DNA from: an uncultured Clostridia bacterium
Lineage (GTDB): Bacteria > Bacillota > Clostridia > TANB77 > CAG-508
DNA: 61,496 bases
Assembly: GCA_947632585.1 (NCBI GenBank)
Contig: CANRPS010000004.1
Location: forward strand, 1-61,496
Direction: 5' to 3'
This document shows, one piece after another, positions 10,782-21,539 of the stretch. Each line of letters begins with the position of its first letter. The stretch's first letter is position 1. A model generated the notes under the pieces. That model was given only the letters and a program-made list of their open reading frames with translations. It had not been told where the DNA came from and did not search any database. Made by a program: the position numbers and the translations under genes.

Positions 10782-11309
10782 ATGACATTGGCTAATAGAA
10801 AATTAGGAAGAAAATCAGATATAAGAGTTTCAATGCTTAAAACTTTAACAACAGATTTAATTATGTATGGAAAAATAACTACTACTGAAGCAAGAGCTAA
10901 AGAAGTTAAAAAAATTGCTGATTCTATAATAGCTTTAGCTGTTAAGGAGAAAGATAATTTTGAAATGGTTGATCAAAAAGTTATTAAGGCAAAATTGGAC
11001 TCAAAGGGAAATAAATTAACAGAACTTGTAAAGAGCAAGAATGGTAAAGAATATTTGAAAGTTGTAAAAGAAGAAACAACTGAAAAAAGACAAAAAGATA
11101 TGCCTTCAAGATTAAATGCAAGAAGAAAAATAATGACTAAAATAAACAAAGTAACTAATAGTAAAGGTGAAAATGTTGATTTACCATCAAAATTATTTAA
11201 TGAAATAGCTCCAAGATATACTGATAGAGTTGGAGGATATACAAAAATTGTTAAAGCAGGTGCAAGAAGAGGAGATAATGCTCAAACTGCAGTTTTAATG
11301 TTAGTATAA
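10782..11309 (+). CDS. rplQ: 50S ribosomal protein L17 with internal insertion
   Basis: RKLGR..., [29 protein letters not shown]. Confidence 0.95.
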   Translation: MTLANRKLGRKSDIRVSMLKTLTTDLIMYGKITTTEARAKEVKKIADSIIALAVKEKDNFEMVDQKVIKAKLDSKGNKLTELVKSKNGKEYLKVVKEETTEKRQKDMPSRLNARRKIMTKINKVTNSKGENVDLPSKLFNEIAPRYTDRVGGYTKIVKAGARRGDNAQTAVLMLV

Positions 11310-11319
11310 TAAATAGAAT

Positions 11320-11356
11320 AAAGGTATAAGAATAAACTTATACCCTTATTTTTTTG
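11320..11356 (+). terminator. Alpha operon terminator
   Basis: AAGGTATAAG...CTTATACC followed by T-run. Confidence 0.7.
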
Positions 11357-11462
11357 TCTTTTACAAAATAAACTTTTTTTATTTTTTTATAAAAATTATA
11401 GTTGATGTTTTATTTTTTTTATGATAATATGAAATTGAATTTTATATAAGGAGTTTTGAATT

Positions 11463-12687
11463 ATGGTTTTAGGTATTGTTGCTGAATATAATCCATTTCA
11501 TAATGGACATTTATATCACCTTTTAAAATCAAAAGAAATAACTAAAGATGACTATACTATAGCGGTAATTTCAGGTAATTTTACTCAACGCGGAGAGCCA
11601 TCTTTGGTAGATAAGTGGACAAAGGCTGAAATGGCAATAGACAATGGAATTGATTTGGTTTTAGAGTTGCCTACTCTTTATTCTGTTTCAAGTGCTGAAA
11701 ATTTTGCTGATGGTGCAGTGAAAATTTTAAATTCCTTAAAAATAGTAGATCATATTTCTTTTGGTGCAGAATGTAGTGAACTAAATAAACTAAATATTAT
11801 AGCAAATGTACTATATAATGAGCCAAAAGAGTTTAAAAATACTCTTTCAGAAGAATTAAATAAAGGTAATTCATTTGCAAGAGCACGTGAAATTGCATTA
11901 CTTAAATATCTTGATGATAGTTCTTTTAAGAGTATTATTTCTGAACCAAATAATATTTTAGGAATCGAATACTTAAAAGCATTGAAAAAACATAGATCTA
12001 AAATAAGTCCTGTCTTAGTTAAAAGAAAAGGTTCTGGACATTTAACTCGGAGACTATACAGGAACAATTTCTTCTGCTACATCCATTAGAAATATGATAA
12101 AAACTGGAAATACACGTGATTTAAAAGATGCTTTAACTCCAAGTTCTTATACTATTTTAAAAGAAGAATTATCTAATGGTCATTTCGTTCGAGATTTTTC
12201 TGAATTTGAAAAAATTATCATGTATAATTTGCGTTTCAAAAATGAGGAGACTATACAAAAATTAGCTGATGTATCAGAGGGACTAGAAAACTTACTTAAG
12301 AAAGCTGCATTTTCTTGCAACAACATAGATGAATTTATTAATATGGTATTATCAAAAAGATATACTGAAACTAGAATTAGAAGGATTCTTTTATACTCAC
12401 TTTTAGATATTACTAAAAAAGAAATGGAAATTTCAAAAAGGACAACTCCATATGTTCGTGTACTTGGATTTAATAATAGTGGAAAAGAACTTTTAAGTAA
12501 GATAAAAATGAATAATCCTAATTTAAAGATTGTTACTTCAGTAAAAAAATTTAAGGATGAAAACAATAATAGAAATTTAAATGTATTATTAAAAAAAGAT
12601 ATTTTTGCAACAAATGTATATACTTTAGGGTATCTTAAAGATTCATATGCAAATTTGGATTATACAAAAAAAATAATTAATAAATAA
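11463..12687 (+). CDS. tmcAL: tRNA(Met) cytidine acetate ligase (HIGH nucleotidyltransferase), 407 aa if C12048 is skipped
   Basis: AEYNPFHNGH, SGNFTQRGEP, PNNILGIEY, then SSATSIR, EGLEN, KRYTETRIRR, YVRVLGF; two ORFs joined by +1 shift at ACT-CGG-A. Confidence 0.9.
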
Positions 12688-12840
12688 TGAAAATATAAAT
12701 AAAAAAATAATAATAACAAAAAAATTATTATTTTGCAATAACTTTTGAACAAATTCATAAAAAATAAAATAAATAAATGAAAGAAAAATTTTTTCCATTA
12801 ATAATGTTAAAACCTTTGAAATTAAAAGAAAAAAATTTTT

Positions 12841-12879
12841 TATTATTTTCGCAGAATATTTAGTTCTGCGAAAATAATA
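12841..12879. repeat. Inverted repeat with TTTCGCAG-N11-CTGCGAAA core (second copy at 37050-37076)
   Basis: TATTATTTTCGCAGAA-tatttag-TTCTGCGAAAATAATA. Confidence 0.7.
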
Positions 12880-12899
12880 AGGAAGGACAAAACAAAGTA

Positions 12900-14172
12900 A
12901 TGATAATATATTCAGAAGAAAGAAATAAAAAAACAAAAGAAAAAGGTATAACATTAATAGCACTAGTAGTTACCATAATAGTATTATTAATACTAGCTGG
13001 AGTATCAATAGCAATGCTAACAGGACAAAATGGAATATTAAAAAAAGCACAAGAAGCAAAAGAAAAAACAGAAAATGCAATGATTGAAGAAGAAAAGCAA
13101 ATTGCAATGGCAGAAGCATCAATGCATAATGAAACTTGGACATATAAAACCTCAGATGACAAAATAATTCCAATTCCAGCTGGATTTGCACCAACTGGAA
13201 TAGATGGAGAAGACACAATAAAAGAAGGTGTAGTAATAATAGATAGTATAGGAAATGAATTTGTTTGGATACCATGTACTTCGAAAGAATATGAAAATGC
13301 AAATTGGAAAAATAATTGGAGAAATTGGCAATATAAAGAGAATGAGAATATTGAATGGAGTGATCCTCAAACTGAAACAGGATTAAAAAGTTTAAAAAAA
13401 TTGGAAGAAGAAAATAAAGACTTGAATTCAGAAGGTATAGGATTCTATATAGCAAGATATGAGGCGGGAATACCAAATAATGTGGATTTTTATGCAAATA
13501 GCGATGGAGATACCTATTATGAAGCAGATAAAAAAGATACTAGTAATTATAGTCCGGTAAGCAAAAAAGGAGTACAAGCATGGAATTTTGCAAGTAAACT
13601 GAAAGCAAATGATATGTCAAAAAAAATGTATGCAGATAATTCATCAGTTAATAGCTATTTAATAGATTCACATGCATGGAATTATATTTGTGATACAATT
13701 ATAACAAATTATACGGAGAAGAGTGCTACTGGGGATTGGTCTTCATATGGAAATTATACAGATAGTCCAAAAGATATTTATAAAAATTTAAATGTCTTAT
13801 ATGCGTATCATAAGAAAAATATTAATGGATGTGATTGTTGGGAAAGTAAAGATTTTACTTATCATAAAGGAAAAATATTAGATGATGCACTTTCAGGAGA
13901 TAGTAATAATTATGGATTGGAGTTATCAACCGGAGCTAGTGAAAAATTTAAGTCATATAATATATATGATATGGCAGGAAATATGTGTGAAATTACAACA
14001 GAGATTGGAACAAACGAAGAATACAATGATTCAATGACGAAAATGGTTGTTAGAGGTGGCAGTTTTACAGAATCACGGAATAGATAGTCCAATAACTAAA
14101 GCAGTAGGAAATAGTCCTATAGTAACACAAAATCATAATTATGGTTTTCGAGTTGTTCTTTATTTTAAATAA
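12900..14172 (+). CDS. Type IV pilin-like N-terminus fused to FGE-sulfatase/C-type-lectin-like domain, 423 aa if C14076 is skipped
   Basis: KEKG|ITLIALVVTIIVLLILAGVSI; GNEFVWIP, GFYIARYEAG, NIYDMAGN, VVRGGSF; +1 frame supplies ...NYGFRVVLYFK*. Confidence 0.8.
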
Positions 14173-14245
14173 GATAAAAATAATTTGAATAATGGTTATC
14201 ATAGGTTAAATTGGGAATAAAATTGGAAAAAATTTCAAAAAAACC

Positions 14246-14274
14246 TTGCAATTATATAAAAAATAGGGTATAAT
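14246..14274 (+). promoter_or_regulatory. Sigma-A promoter of the rimP operon
   Basis: TTGCAA-17 nt-TATAAT. Confidence 0.65.
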
Positions 14275-14298
14275 ATTAAAAGCATAAAGAAAGAAGAG

Positions 14299-14325
14299 AA
14301 GAGCGGGAGCAAAAATCCCGCTCTT
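14299..14325 (+). promoter_or_regulatory. rimP leader hairpin
   Basis: AAGAGCGGGA-gcaaaaa-TCCCGCTCTT, GC-rich stem of the kind commonly seen upstream of rimP in Firmicutes. Confidence 0.65.
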
Positions 14326-14349
14326 AAATCTTGATTAAGGAGGAAACCC

Positions 14350-14811
14350 TTGTCTAAAATAGAAGAAAAGATAGAAGAGTTAGTAAAAGATAGAGTAGAA
14401 AATATTGGATATGAGTTATATGATGTTCTATATTTAAAAGAAGGAACTTCTAAAATATTAAGAATAGTCATACATAACGAAAAAGGAATTTCTATTGATG
14501 ATTGTGAAAAAGTAAATAATGAAATAAAAGATATAATTGACAAAGCAGATTTAATAGAAGAACAATATTTTTTAGAAGTATCGTCACCTGGAATCGAAAG
14601 GTTACTTAGGAAAGACTGGCAGCTAAAAAAATTTATTGGAGAAGAAGTAGAAATAAAACTATTTAAAAAAGATGATACAGGGAAAAAATCTCATATTGGA
14701 AATTTGATTAATGTATTAGATGATGCTTTAGAGATAGAAACTAATGAAAATGGAAAATTAAAATTAGATAGAAAAAGTATTTCACAGGTAAAGACTATAT
14801 ATAAAGAATAA
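14350..14811 (+). CDS. rimP: Ribosome maturation factor RimP
   Basis: GISIDDCEKV, YFLEVSSPGIER; upstream of nusA. Confidence 0.95.
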   Translation: MSKIEEKIEELVKDRVENIGYELYDVLYLKEGTSKILRIVIHNEKGISIDDCEKVNNEIKDIIDKADLIEEQYFLEVSSPGIERLLRKDWQLKKFIGEEVEIKLFKKDDTGKKSHIGNLINVLDDALEIETNENGKLKLDRKSISQVKTIYKE

Positions 14812-14834
14812 AAAATATAGAAAGGAAAGATAAA

Positions 14835-15941
14835 ATGAAAGCAATTGATAATAAAGAATTAATACTTGCACTTGAAGATCTAGAAAAAGAAAAGGGAATA
14901 AAAAAAGAGCTTATATTAGAATCTATTGAAACTGCTTTAGTTACAGCATATAAAAGAAATTTTAATTCATCAGAAAATGTTAGAGTTGTGATGGATAAAA
15001 AAACAGGAAAAACTTCAGTATATGCTATAAAAGAAGTGGTAGAAAAAGTAGAAAATGATATTGAACAAATTGGATTAAAAGAGGCAAAAAAGATAAACAA
15101 AACAGCTAAAATTGGAGATAAAGTAGAAATAGAAATAGTTCCTAAAAATTTTGGAAGAATAGCAGCAGGAACTGCTAAACAAGTTATTATTCAAAAAATA
15201 AGAGAATCAGAAAGAGAAATTATTTATACTGAATATAGTGACAAGAAAGGTGAAATTGTATCAGGACCTATTCAAAAAGCAGATAAAGGAATAGTAGTAA
15301 TGGATTTGGGAAAATTAGAAGGAATAATGCCTTTAAAAGAACAAATACCTACAGAAAACTACAATGTAAACGACAAAATAAAAGCATATGTAGTTGATGT
15401 CGAAAAGGGAGAAAAAGGAAGCCCTCAAGTAATCGTTTCAAGAAGTCATCCTGATTTTGTAAAAAAATTATTAGAGTTTGAAATACCAGAAATATATGAG
15501 GGTTTGATAGAAATAAAAAGCGTATCTCGTGACCCTGGAAAAAGAAGCAAAGTTGCTGTATATTCACAAGATCCAAATATAGATCCAGTTGGTTCATGTG
15601 TTGGTCAACGTGGTATACGTATTCAAAATGTAATAAATGAGTTACATGGAGAAAAGATAGATGTAATCGAGTGGAATCCAGATATATCAATATTTATAGC
15701 TGCAGCTTTACTTCCTGCAAAAATAATGGCAGTAGATATAAAAGAAGAAGAAAAATTTGCACAAGTAATAGTAGAGGATGACCAATTATCACTAGCTATA
15801 GGAAAAGCAGGACAAAATGCACGTTTAGCAGCAAAGCTTACTAATTGGAAGATTGATATAAAATCAGAGAGTCAATTTAGAAAAATGCTTGAAGAACAAA
15901 ATGAAAATGATACAGAAAACGAAGAAAAAGAAGAACAATAA
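14835..15941 (+). CDS. nusA: Transcription factor NusA
   Basis: FGRIAAGTAKQVI, EIPEIYEG, SRDPGKRSKVAV, LSLAIGKAGQNARLA. Confidence 0.97.
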   Translation: MKAIDNKELILALEDLEKEKGIKKELILESIETALVTAYKRNFNSSENVRVVMDKKTGKTSVYAIKEVVEKVENDIEQIGLKEAKKINKTAKIGDKVEIEIVPKNFGRIAAGTAKQVIIQKIRESEREIIYTEYSDKKGEIVSGPIQKADKGIVVMDLGKLEGIMPLKEQIPTENYNVNDKIKAYVVDVEKGEKGSPQVIVSRSHPDFVKKLLEFEIPEIYEGLIEIKSVSRDPGKRSKVAVYSQDPNIDPVGSCVGQRGIRIQNVINELHGEKIDVIEWNPDISIFIAAALLPAKIMAVDIKEEEKFAQVIVEDDQLSLAIGKAGQNARLAAKLTNWKIDIKSESQFRKMLEEQNENDTENEEKEEQ

Positions 15942-15982
15942 AAATATTTGAAATTAGTAAAAATAAAAGGAGAAGATTTGAT

Positions 15983-16252
15983 TTGGGAAATTTACCTGAA
16001 AGAACTTGCATAGGTTGTAATAGTAAAAAAAATAAAAAAGATTTAATACGAATAGTAAAAAATAAAAACGGAGAAATAAATTTGGATTTAAAAGGAAATT
16101 TAGAAGGAAGAGGCACATATATTTGTAAAAATGAAGAATGCTTAGATAAAATAATAAAAAATAGAAAATTAGTAAAAAATTTTAATGTAAATATAGATGA
16201 TAATGTTTATGAAAGTTTAAGAGAAATTATTAATGGAGGTGAGGTTATTTGA
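15983..16252 (+). CDS. ylxR: YlxR/RnpM family RNA-binding protein
   Basis: PERTCIGC...KKDLIRIV...GRGTYIC; position after nusA. Confidence 0.9.
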   Translation: MGNLPERTCIGCNSKKNKKDLIRIVKNKNGEINLDLKGNLEGRGTYICKNEECLDKIIKNRKLVKNFNVNIDDNVYESLREIINGGEVI

Positions 16253-19128
16253 GCAAAATGAAATTATATGAATTAGCAAAGGAAATAGATATTTCTAGTA
16301 AAGATTTATTAGATGAAGCAAAAAAATTAGGATTGGACGTAAAGAGCCATTTAAGTAATTTGGAAAATAGTGATATTAAAATATTAAAAGAAAAATTTGG
16401 AAACAAAAAGGGATATCAGGATAAACAAGAAGTAAAGGAAAATAAAAAAAGCCCTAAAAATAATAGTAATCCTGTAATAATAAGAAGAGAAGTAATAATT
16501 GAAGAAAAGGTAAAAAAAGAAGAACACAAAGAGCCAAAAAGAGAAGAAAACAAAAATCCTTTTGTACAAAGAAATAATAAAAAAGATTATAACATTGTTT
16601 ATAGAAATAAAGTAGAAAAACCTATGACTGTAAGTGAATTATTTGGATTGAATAAAGAAAAAGCATCAAACAAAGAGAAAGAAGTTCCAGATAAGAAAAA
16701 TCTAGAAAAAGTCCAAGAACAAGAAGCATTTGTTAACAAAGAAAACTTCACAGATGAAAAAATAGAGACTAAAAAGGCTCAAGAAGAATCTAGACAAAAT
16801 AGAAATACAAATAACAATTTCCAAAATCCAAAAAAACAAAACTTTAATCAAAACAATGGACAAAATAATTTTCAAAAAAGACCTAATTTTGTTAAAAATG
16901 ATGGCTCAAATAATAACTTCCAAAGAAGAGACAGAAAACAAAATGAACAATATAATAATGGAAGCTATCAAAATGGTAAAAATGGATATCATAATGATGG
17001 AAACACAAGAAATAGACGTCCCTTAGATGATAGAGGAATAGAAAAAAATATTAAAGATATAATGAGTAGTGACTTGAATTTAGAAGAAAAAAATATGCAT
17101 GAGTTTAACAGAAATATGGATAGGCAAAAGAATAATAATAAATTTGACGAAAATACAAAAACAACTAAAAAGAAAAATAGAAAAAATCAAGGAGATTTTT
17201 CTATTAATGAAAAGAAACTAAATGTATTAAAACAAAGAAATAATTTATCAAATATGTTTGAAGATCAAGAAGATAGTATGTTAGATTACTATGATTTAAC
17301 AACAGGAAGAGGAAGAAGAGGAAAGAAAAAAGCTCCAAAAGAAGATAAAGAACGTACAAAACAAAAAATCTTCAAACTTACTGAGATAACAATACCTGAA
17401 AGTATTAGTGTAAAAGATTTAGCTACAGAATTAAAGAAAACAGCAAGTGAAGTTATTATGAAACTTATGGCTCTTGGAATAATGGCAACTTTAAATGATA
17501 CAATAGATTTTGATACAGCATTTTTAGTAGCATCAGAATTCGGTGTTACTGCAAATAAAAAACAGGAAATAAGAGAAGAAGATGTTTTATTTGATGAGTC
17601 TGAAGACAAAGAAGAAGAATTAGTAGAACGTCCACCAGTTGTAGTTGTTATGGGACACGTTGACCATGGTAAAACTTCACTTTTAGATGCGGTTAGAAAA
17701 ACAAATGTAATAAGTGGAGAAGCAGGAGGAATTACACAAGCAATTGGTGCATATAAAGTAAAAATAAATGACAGAGAAATAACATTCTTAGATACTCCAG
17801 GACATGAAGCATTTACAGAAATGAGAGCAAGAGGAGCACAAATTACAGATATTGCAATACTAATTGTTGCAGCAAATGATGGTGTAATGCCTCAGACAGT
17901 TGAAGCTATAAATCATGCTAAATCAGCAGGAATACCAATTATAGTTGCAATAAATAAAATAGATTTACCAGATAGCAATCCACAAAAAGTAAAAGAAGAA
18001 TTAATGAAATATGAATTAGTTCCTGAAGAATGGGGTGGAGATACCATTTATGTGGAAATTTCTGCTAAAAAGAATTTAAATATAGATAAGCTTTTGGAAA
18101 TGGTACTATTAGAAGCTGACATGTTGGAATTAAAAACAAATCCTAAAAAGCAATCTAAAGGTACTGTAATTGAAGCAAGACTTGATAAATCTAGAGGAGC
18201 CATAGCAACAGTATTAGTACAAAGAGGAACTTTAGATGTAGGAGACACAGTGGTTGTTGGTACATCAATTGGTAGAATACGTTCAATGGTAAATGATAAA
18301 GGTAAAAAAGTAAAATCAGCAGGACCATCTACGCCAGTAGAAATTATGGGACTAACAGAAGTACCTCAAGCTGGAGATGTATTCTATGAAGTAAAAGATG
18401 AAAAAATGGCAAAACATTTAATAGAAAGAAGAAGAGAACAAGCAAGAGAAAAATCAATAAATGCAACTACTCCAATGAGCTTAAATAGTTTATTTAACAA
18501 GATGGAAGAAGGTAAATTAAAACAATTAAATTTAGTGGTAAAAGCAGATGTTCAAGGTTCAGTAGAAGCATTAAAGAGTTCGCTAGAAAAATTATCTAAT
18601 GAAGAAGTAATAGTAAGAGTAATTCATGCTGCTGCAGGAGCAGTAACAGAATCTGATGTAACACTTGCTAAAGTATCAAATGCTATAATAATTGCATTTA
18701 ATGTAAGACCTGTTGCAACAGCAAAAGAAGTTGCTGAAAAAGAAAGTGTAGAAATAAAACAATATTCAGTAATATATCAGGCAATTGATGATGTAGAAGC
18801 AGCTATGAAGGGAATGCTTGATCCAAAATATGAAGAAGAAGTAATAGGTACAGCAGAAATAAGACAAATATTTAAGATTTCAAATGTTGGAACAATAGGT
18901 GGTGCAATGGTTCTTACTGGAAAAATTGAAAGAAATGCAGGAGTTAGGGTTATTCGTGATGATGTTGTTATCCATGAAGGAAAACTTGTATCTCTAAAAC
19001 GTTATAAAGATGATGCTAAAGAAGTTGCAAAAGACTTTGAGTGTGGTATACAATTAGAAAAATATAATGATATAAAAGAAGGAGATATAATTGAAGCCTT
19101 TATATTAAAAGAGATCGTAAGGGAATAG
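16249..19128 (+). CDS. infB: Translation initiation factor IF-2
   Basis: [20 protein letters not shown]; Asn/Lys-rich N-terminal linker. Confidence 0.98.
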   Translation: MSKMKLYELAKEIDISSKDLLDEAKKLGLDVKSHLSNLENSDIKILKEKFGNKKGYQDKQEVKENKKSPKNNSNPVIIRREVIIEEKVKKEEHKEPKREENKNPFVQRNNKKDYNIVYRNKVEKPMTVSELFGLNKEKASNKEKEVPDKKNLEKVQEQEAFVNKENFTDEKIETKKAQEESRQNRNTNNNFQNPKKQNFNQNNGQNNFQKRPNFVKNDGSNNNFQRRDRKQNEQYNNGSYQNGKNGYHNDGNTRNRRPLDDRGIEKNIKDIMSSDLNLEEKNMHEFNRNMDRQKNNNKFDENTKTTKKKNRKNQGDFSINEKKLNVLKQRNNLSNMFEDQEDSMLDYYDLTTGRGRRGKKKAPKEDKERTKQKIFKLTEITIPESISVKDLATELKKTASEVIMKLMALGIMATLNDTIDFDTAFLVASEFGVTANKKQEIREEDVLFDESEDKEEELVERPPVVVVMGHVDHGKTSLLDAVRKTNVISGEAGGITQAIGAYKVKINDREITFLDTPGHEAFTEMRARGAQITDIAILIVAANDGVMPQTVEAINHAKSAGIPIIVAINKIDLPDSNPQKVKEELMKYELVPEEWGGDTIYVEISAKKNLNIDKLLEMVLLEADMLELKTNPKKQSKGTVIEARLDKSRGAIATVLVQRGTLDVGDTVVVGTSIGRIRSMVNDKGKKVKSAGPSTPVEIMGLTEVPQAGDVFYEVKDEKMAKHLIERRREQAREKSINATTPMSLNSLFNKMEEGKLKQLNLVVKADVQGSVEALKSSLEKLSNEEVIVRVIHAAAGAVTESDVTLAKVSNAIIIAFNVRPVATAKEVAEKESVEIKQYSVIYQAIDDVEAAMKGMLDPKYEEEVIGTAEIRQIFKISNVGTIGGAMVLTGKIERNAGVRVIRDDVVIHEGKLVSLKRYKDDAKEVAKDFECGIQLEKYNDIKEGDIIEAFILKEIVRE

Positions 19129-19140
19129 GAGGATTTTATT

Positions 19141-19503
19141 TTGCAAAGAAAAAAAAGCAATCGCATGGATAGAGTAAATGAAGAACTAAAAAAAGAAATT
19201 AGTTCAGTAATTAACTTTAAATTAAAAAATCCAAATATAACAGGAATAATTAGTGTAACAAAAGTAAAAACATCACCAGATTTAAAATTTGCAAGAGTAT
19301 ATATAAGTTTGTTAAATTGTAAAAGCAAAAAAAATACATTAGAAGGATTAAAAAATGCCTCAGGCTTTATTAGATCTGAAATAGCAAGAAACGTAAATTT
19401 AAGATATACTCCAGAAATTATATTTGAAGTTGATGATACAATGGAATATGGTTCAAAGATTGAAAATATATTAAATGAAATAATGCCAAAAGAAAATAAA
19501 TAA
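19141..19503 (+). CDS. rbfA: Ribosome-binding factor A
   Basis: VKTSPDLKFARVYIS, LRYTPEIIF. Confidence 0.95.
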   Translation: MQRKKSNRMDRVNEELKKEISSVINFKLKNPNITGIISVTKVKTSPDLKFARVYISLLNCKSKKNTLEGLKNASGFIRSEIARNVNLRYTPEIIFEVDDTMEYGSKIENILNEIMPKENK

Positions 19504-19548
19504 GAAGTATTAGAAAGGATTAGTTTAAAACTAATAAGGGGAAAATAC

Positions 19549-20499
19549 ATGACTTTAGATAAAATATCAGAAGAAATAAGAAAAGCAGAAAAAATTGTAA
19601 TATTAACCCATGAAGATCCAGATGGAGATGCTATGGGAAGTGCACTTGCACTTAACTTGGCAATTCAAAATCTTGGGAAAAAACCAGATGTAATAATACC
19701 AGAACATAACAAAATGTTTGACTTTTTGCCAGGTATTGATGAACTAAAAAAAGAATCTAATGTAGAGAAATATGATTTAGCAATAGCAGTAGATTCGGCA
19801 GATAGTAAAATATTAGAAGGATATGAAAAATATTTCGAAAAGGCTACACAAAAAATAGTTATAGATCACCATGGAAGTAACCAAATGTATGGAGACATTA
19901 ATTTTGTGAATCCAGTTGCTCCAGCTTGTTGCCAAATTTTAATAGGAATGTTTGACTATTTTAATACTAAAATAACGAAAGATATGGCTACCTGTATAAT
20001 GACAGGAATTGTAACTGATACTGGTGGATTTAATTATAATGCTACTTCTGAAACTTTTGAATTTGCAGCAGAGATACTACGAATTGGAGTTAATATTTCT
20101 GAAATATATAGAAGAACATTACGTACTAAAACAAAGGCAAGTTTTGAACTAAAAAAAATAGCAATAGATAGACTTGAATTATTAGAAGATGATAAAATTG
20201 CATTTACATATATAACTTCAAAAGATGAGAAAAAAGTAAATGCTGAAAGAGGAGATCATGAGGGAATAGTAGATATTGGAAAAGAAATAGAAAATGTAGA
20301 AGTATCAGTATTTTTACATGAAGTAGAAAATAAAGGATATAAAATTTCTTTAAGATCTTTAGAATATGTCAATGTTTCAGATGTTGCTATAATGTTTGGA
20401 GGAGGAGGACATGTAAAGGCAGCAGGTGCTTATGCAAATGGAACTCTTGAACAAATAAAAACAAAATTAATAAATGAAATAAAAAAACAATTAAAATAG
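19549..20499 (+). CDS. nrnA: DHH/DHHA1 oligoribonuclease/pAp phosphatase
   Basis: HEDPDGDA, IDHH, GIVTDTGGF, GGGGHVKAAG. Confidence 0.9.
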   Translation: MTLDKISEEIRKAEKIVILTHEDPDGDAMGSALALNLAIQNLGKKPDVIIPEHNKMFDFLPGIDELKKESNVEKYDLAIAVDSADSKILEGYEKYFEKATQKIVIDHHGSNQMYGDINFVNPVAPACCQILIGMFDYFNTKITKDMATCIMTGIVTDTGGFNYNATSETFEFAAEILRIGVNISEIYRRTLRTKTKASFELKKIAIDRLELLEDDKIAFTYITSKDEKKVNAERGDHEGIVDIGKEIENVEVSVFLHEVENKGYKISLRSLEYVNVSDVAIMFGGGGHVKAAGAYANGTLEQIKTKLINEIKKQLK

Positions 20500-20572
20500 T
20501 ATTAAGGACTAGCACTTTTTATATTAAAGCATATATAAAAAGAGTTAGTCCTTAAATAAAGAGAGGATTTTT

Positions 20573-21446
20573 ATGGATGGAATATTAATTATAAATAAAG
20601 AACAAAATTGGACTTCAAATGATGTAGTTCAAAAAGTAAAGCATGTTTTACATGAAAAAGTTGGACATACTGGAACTTTAGATCCTTTAGCTACAGGAAT
20701 TTTGCCTTTATTAGTAGGAAAAGGAACATTACTTTCTAAGTATTTAATAAATCATGATAAGGAATATATTGCTAGAATAAAATTGGGATTAAAAACCTCT
20801 ACTCGGAGATAGCGAAGGAGATGTAATAGAAAAGAAAGAGGTTCCGAAAAATATTTTAGAAGAAACATATGTGAAAAAAATATTAGAAACATTTAAAGGA
20901 AAACAAAAACAAATTCCTCCAATGTATTCTGCAATAAAAGTGGAAGGAAAAAAACTATATGAATATGCAAGACAAGGAAAGATAGTAGACATTAAATCAA
21001 GAGATATTGAAATATATAATATAGAATTAGTTTCAGTTTTACCTCAAACGCAGGAAATAATATATAAAGTTAAATGTTCAAAAGGTACATATATAAGGAC
21101 TTTATCAGAAAACATTGCTGAAAAATTGGGATCGGTTGGTTTTATGAAAAGCCTAAATAGAACTATGGTTGGAAACTTTGAAATAAAAGATGCAGTAACT
21201 ATTTCTGAAATTGAAAAAAAAGAAATATTAGATAAAAAATTTATAACAATAGAAAAATTTTTTAAAGAAAATAATAAAATCATATTAAATGATACTGATC
21301 TAAAAAAATTTTTAAATGGAGTTAAATTAAGTATTAACATGCTAGATGGAATATATAGAGTTTATGATAAAAATAATATTTTTATTGGAGTGGGTATTTT
21401 AAATGAAAATGAATTTAAAAGAGATATTTGCATAGATAAATTTTAA
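20573..21446 (+). CDS. truB: tRNA pseudouridine-55 synthase, 290 aa if C20804 is skipped
   Basis: KVGHTGTLDPLATG; junction TST-G-DSEG restored by +1 shift; QIPPMYSAIKVEGKKLYEYAR, CSKGTYIRTL. Confidence 0.93.
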
Positions 21447-21539
21447 TTATCAATTTCAAATATTTTTTTGAAAATACTTGCTATTTGTAAAAATATGAAA
21501 TATAATAAAAATGTATAGATGACACTTAGGAGGAAAAAT

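Noticed and set aside
16780-17010. Asn/Gln-rich low-complexity stretch as a repeat element
   Set aside because: It is the normal variable N-terminal linker of IF-2.
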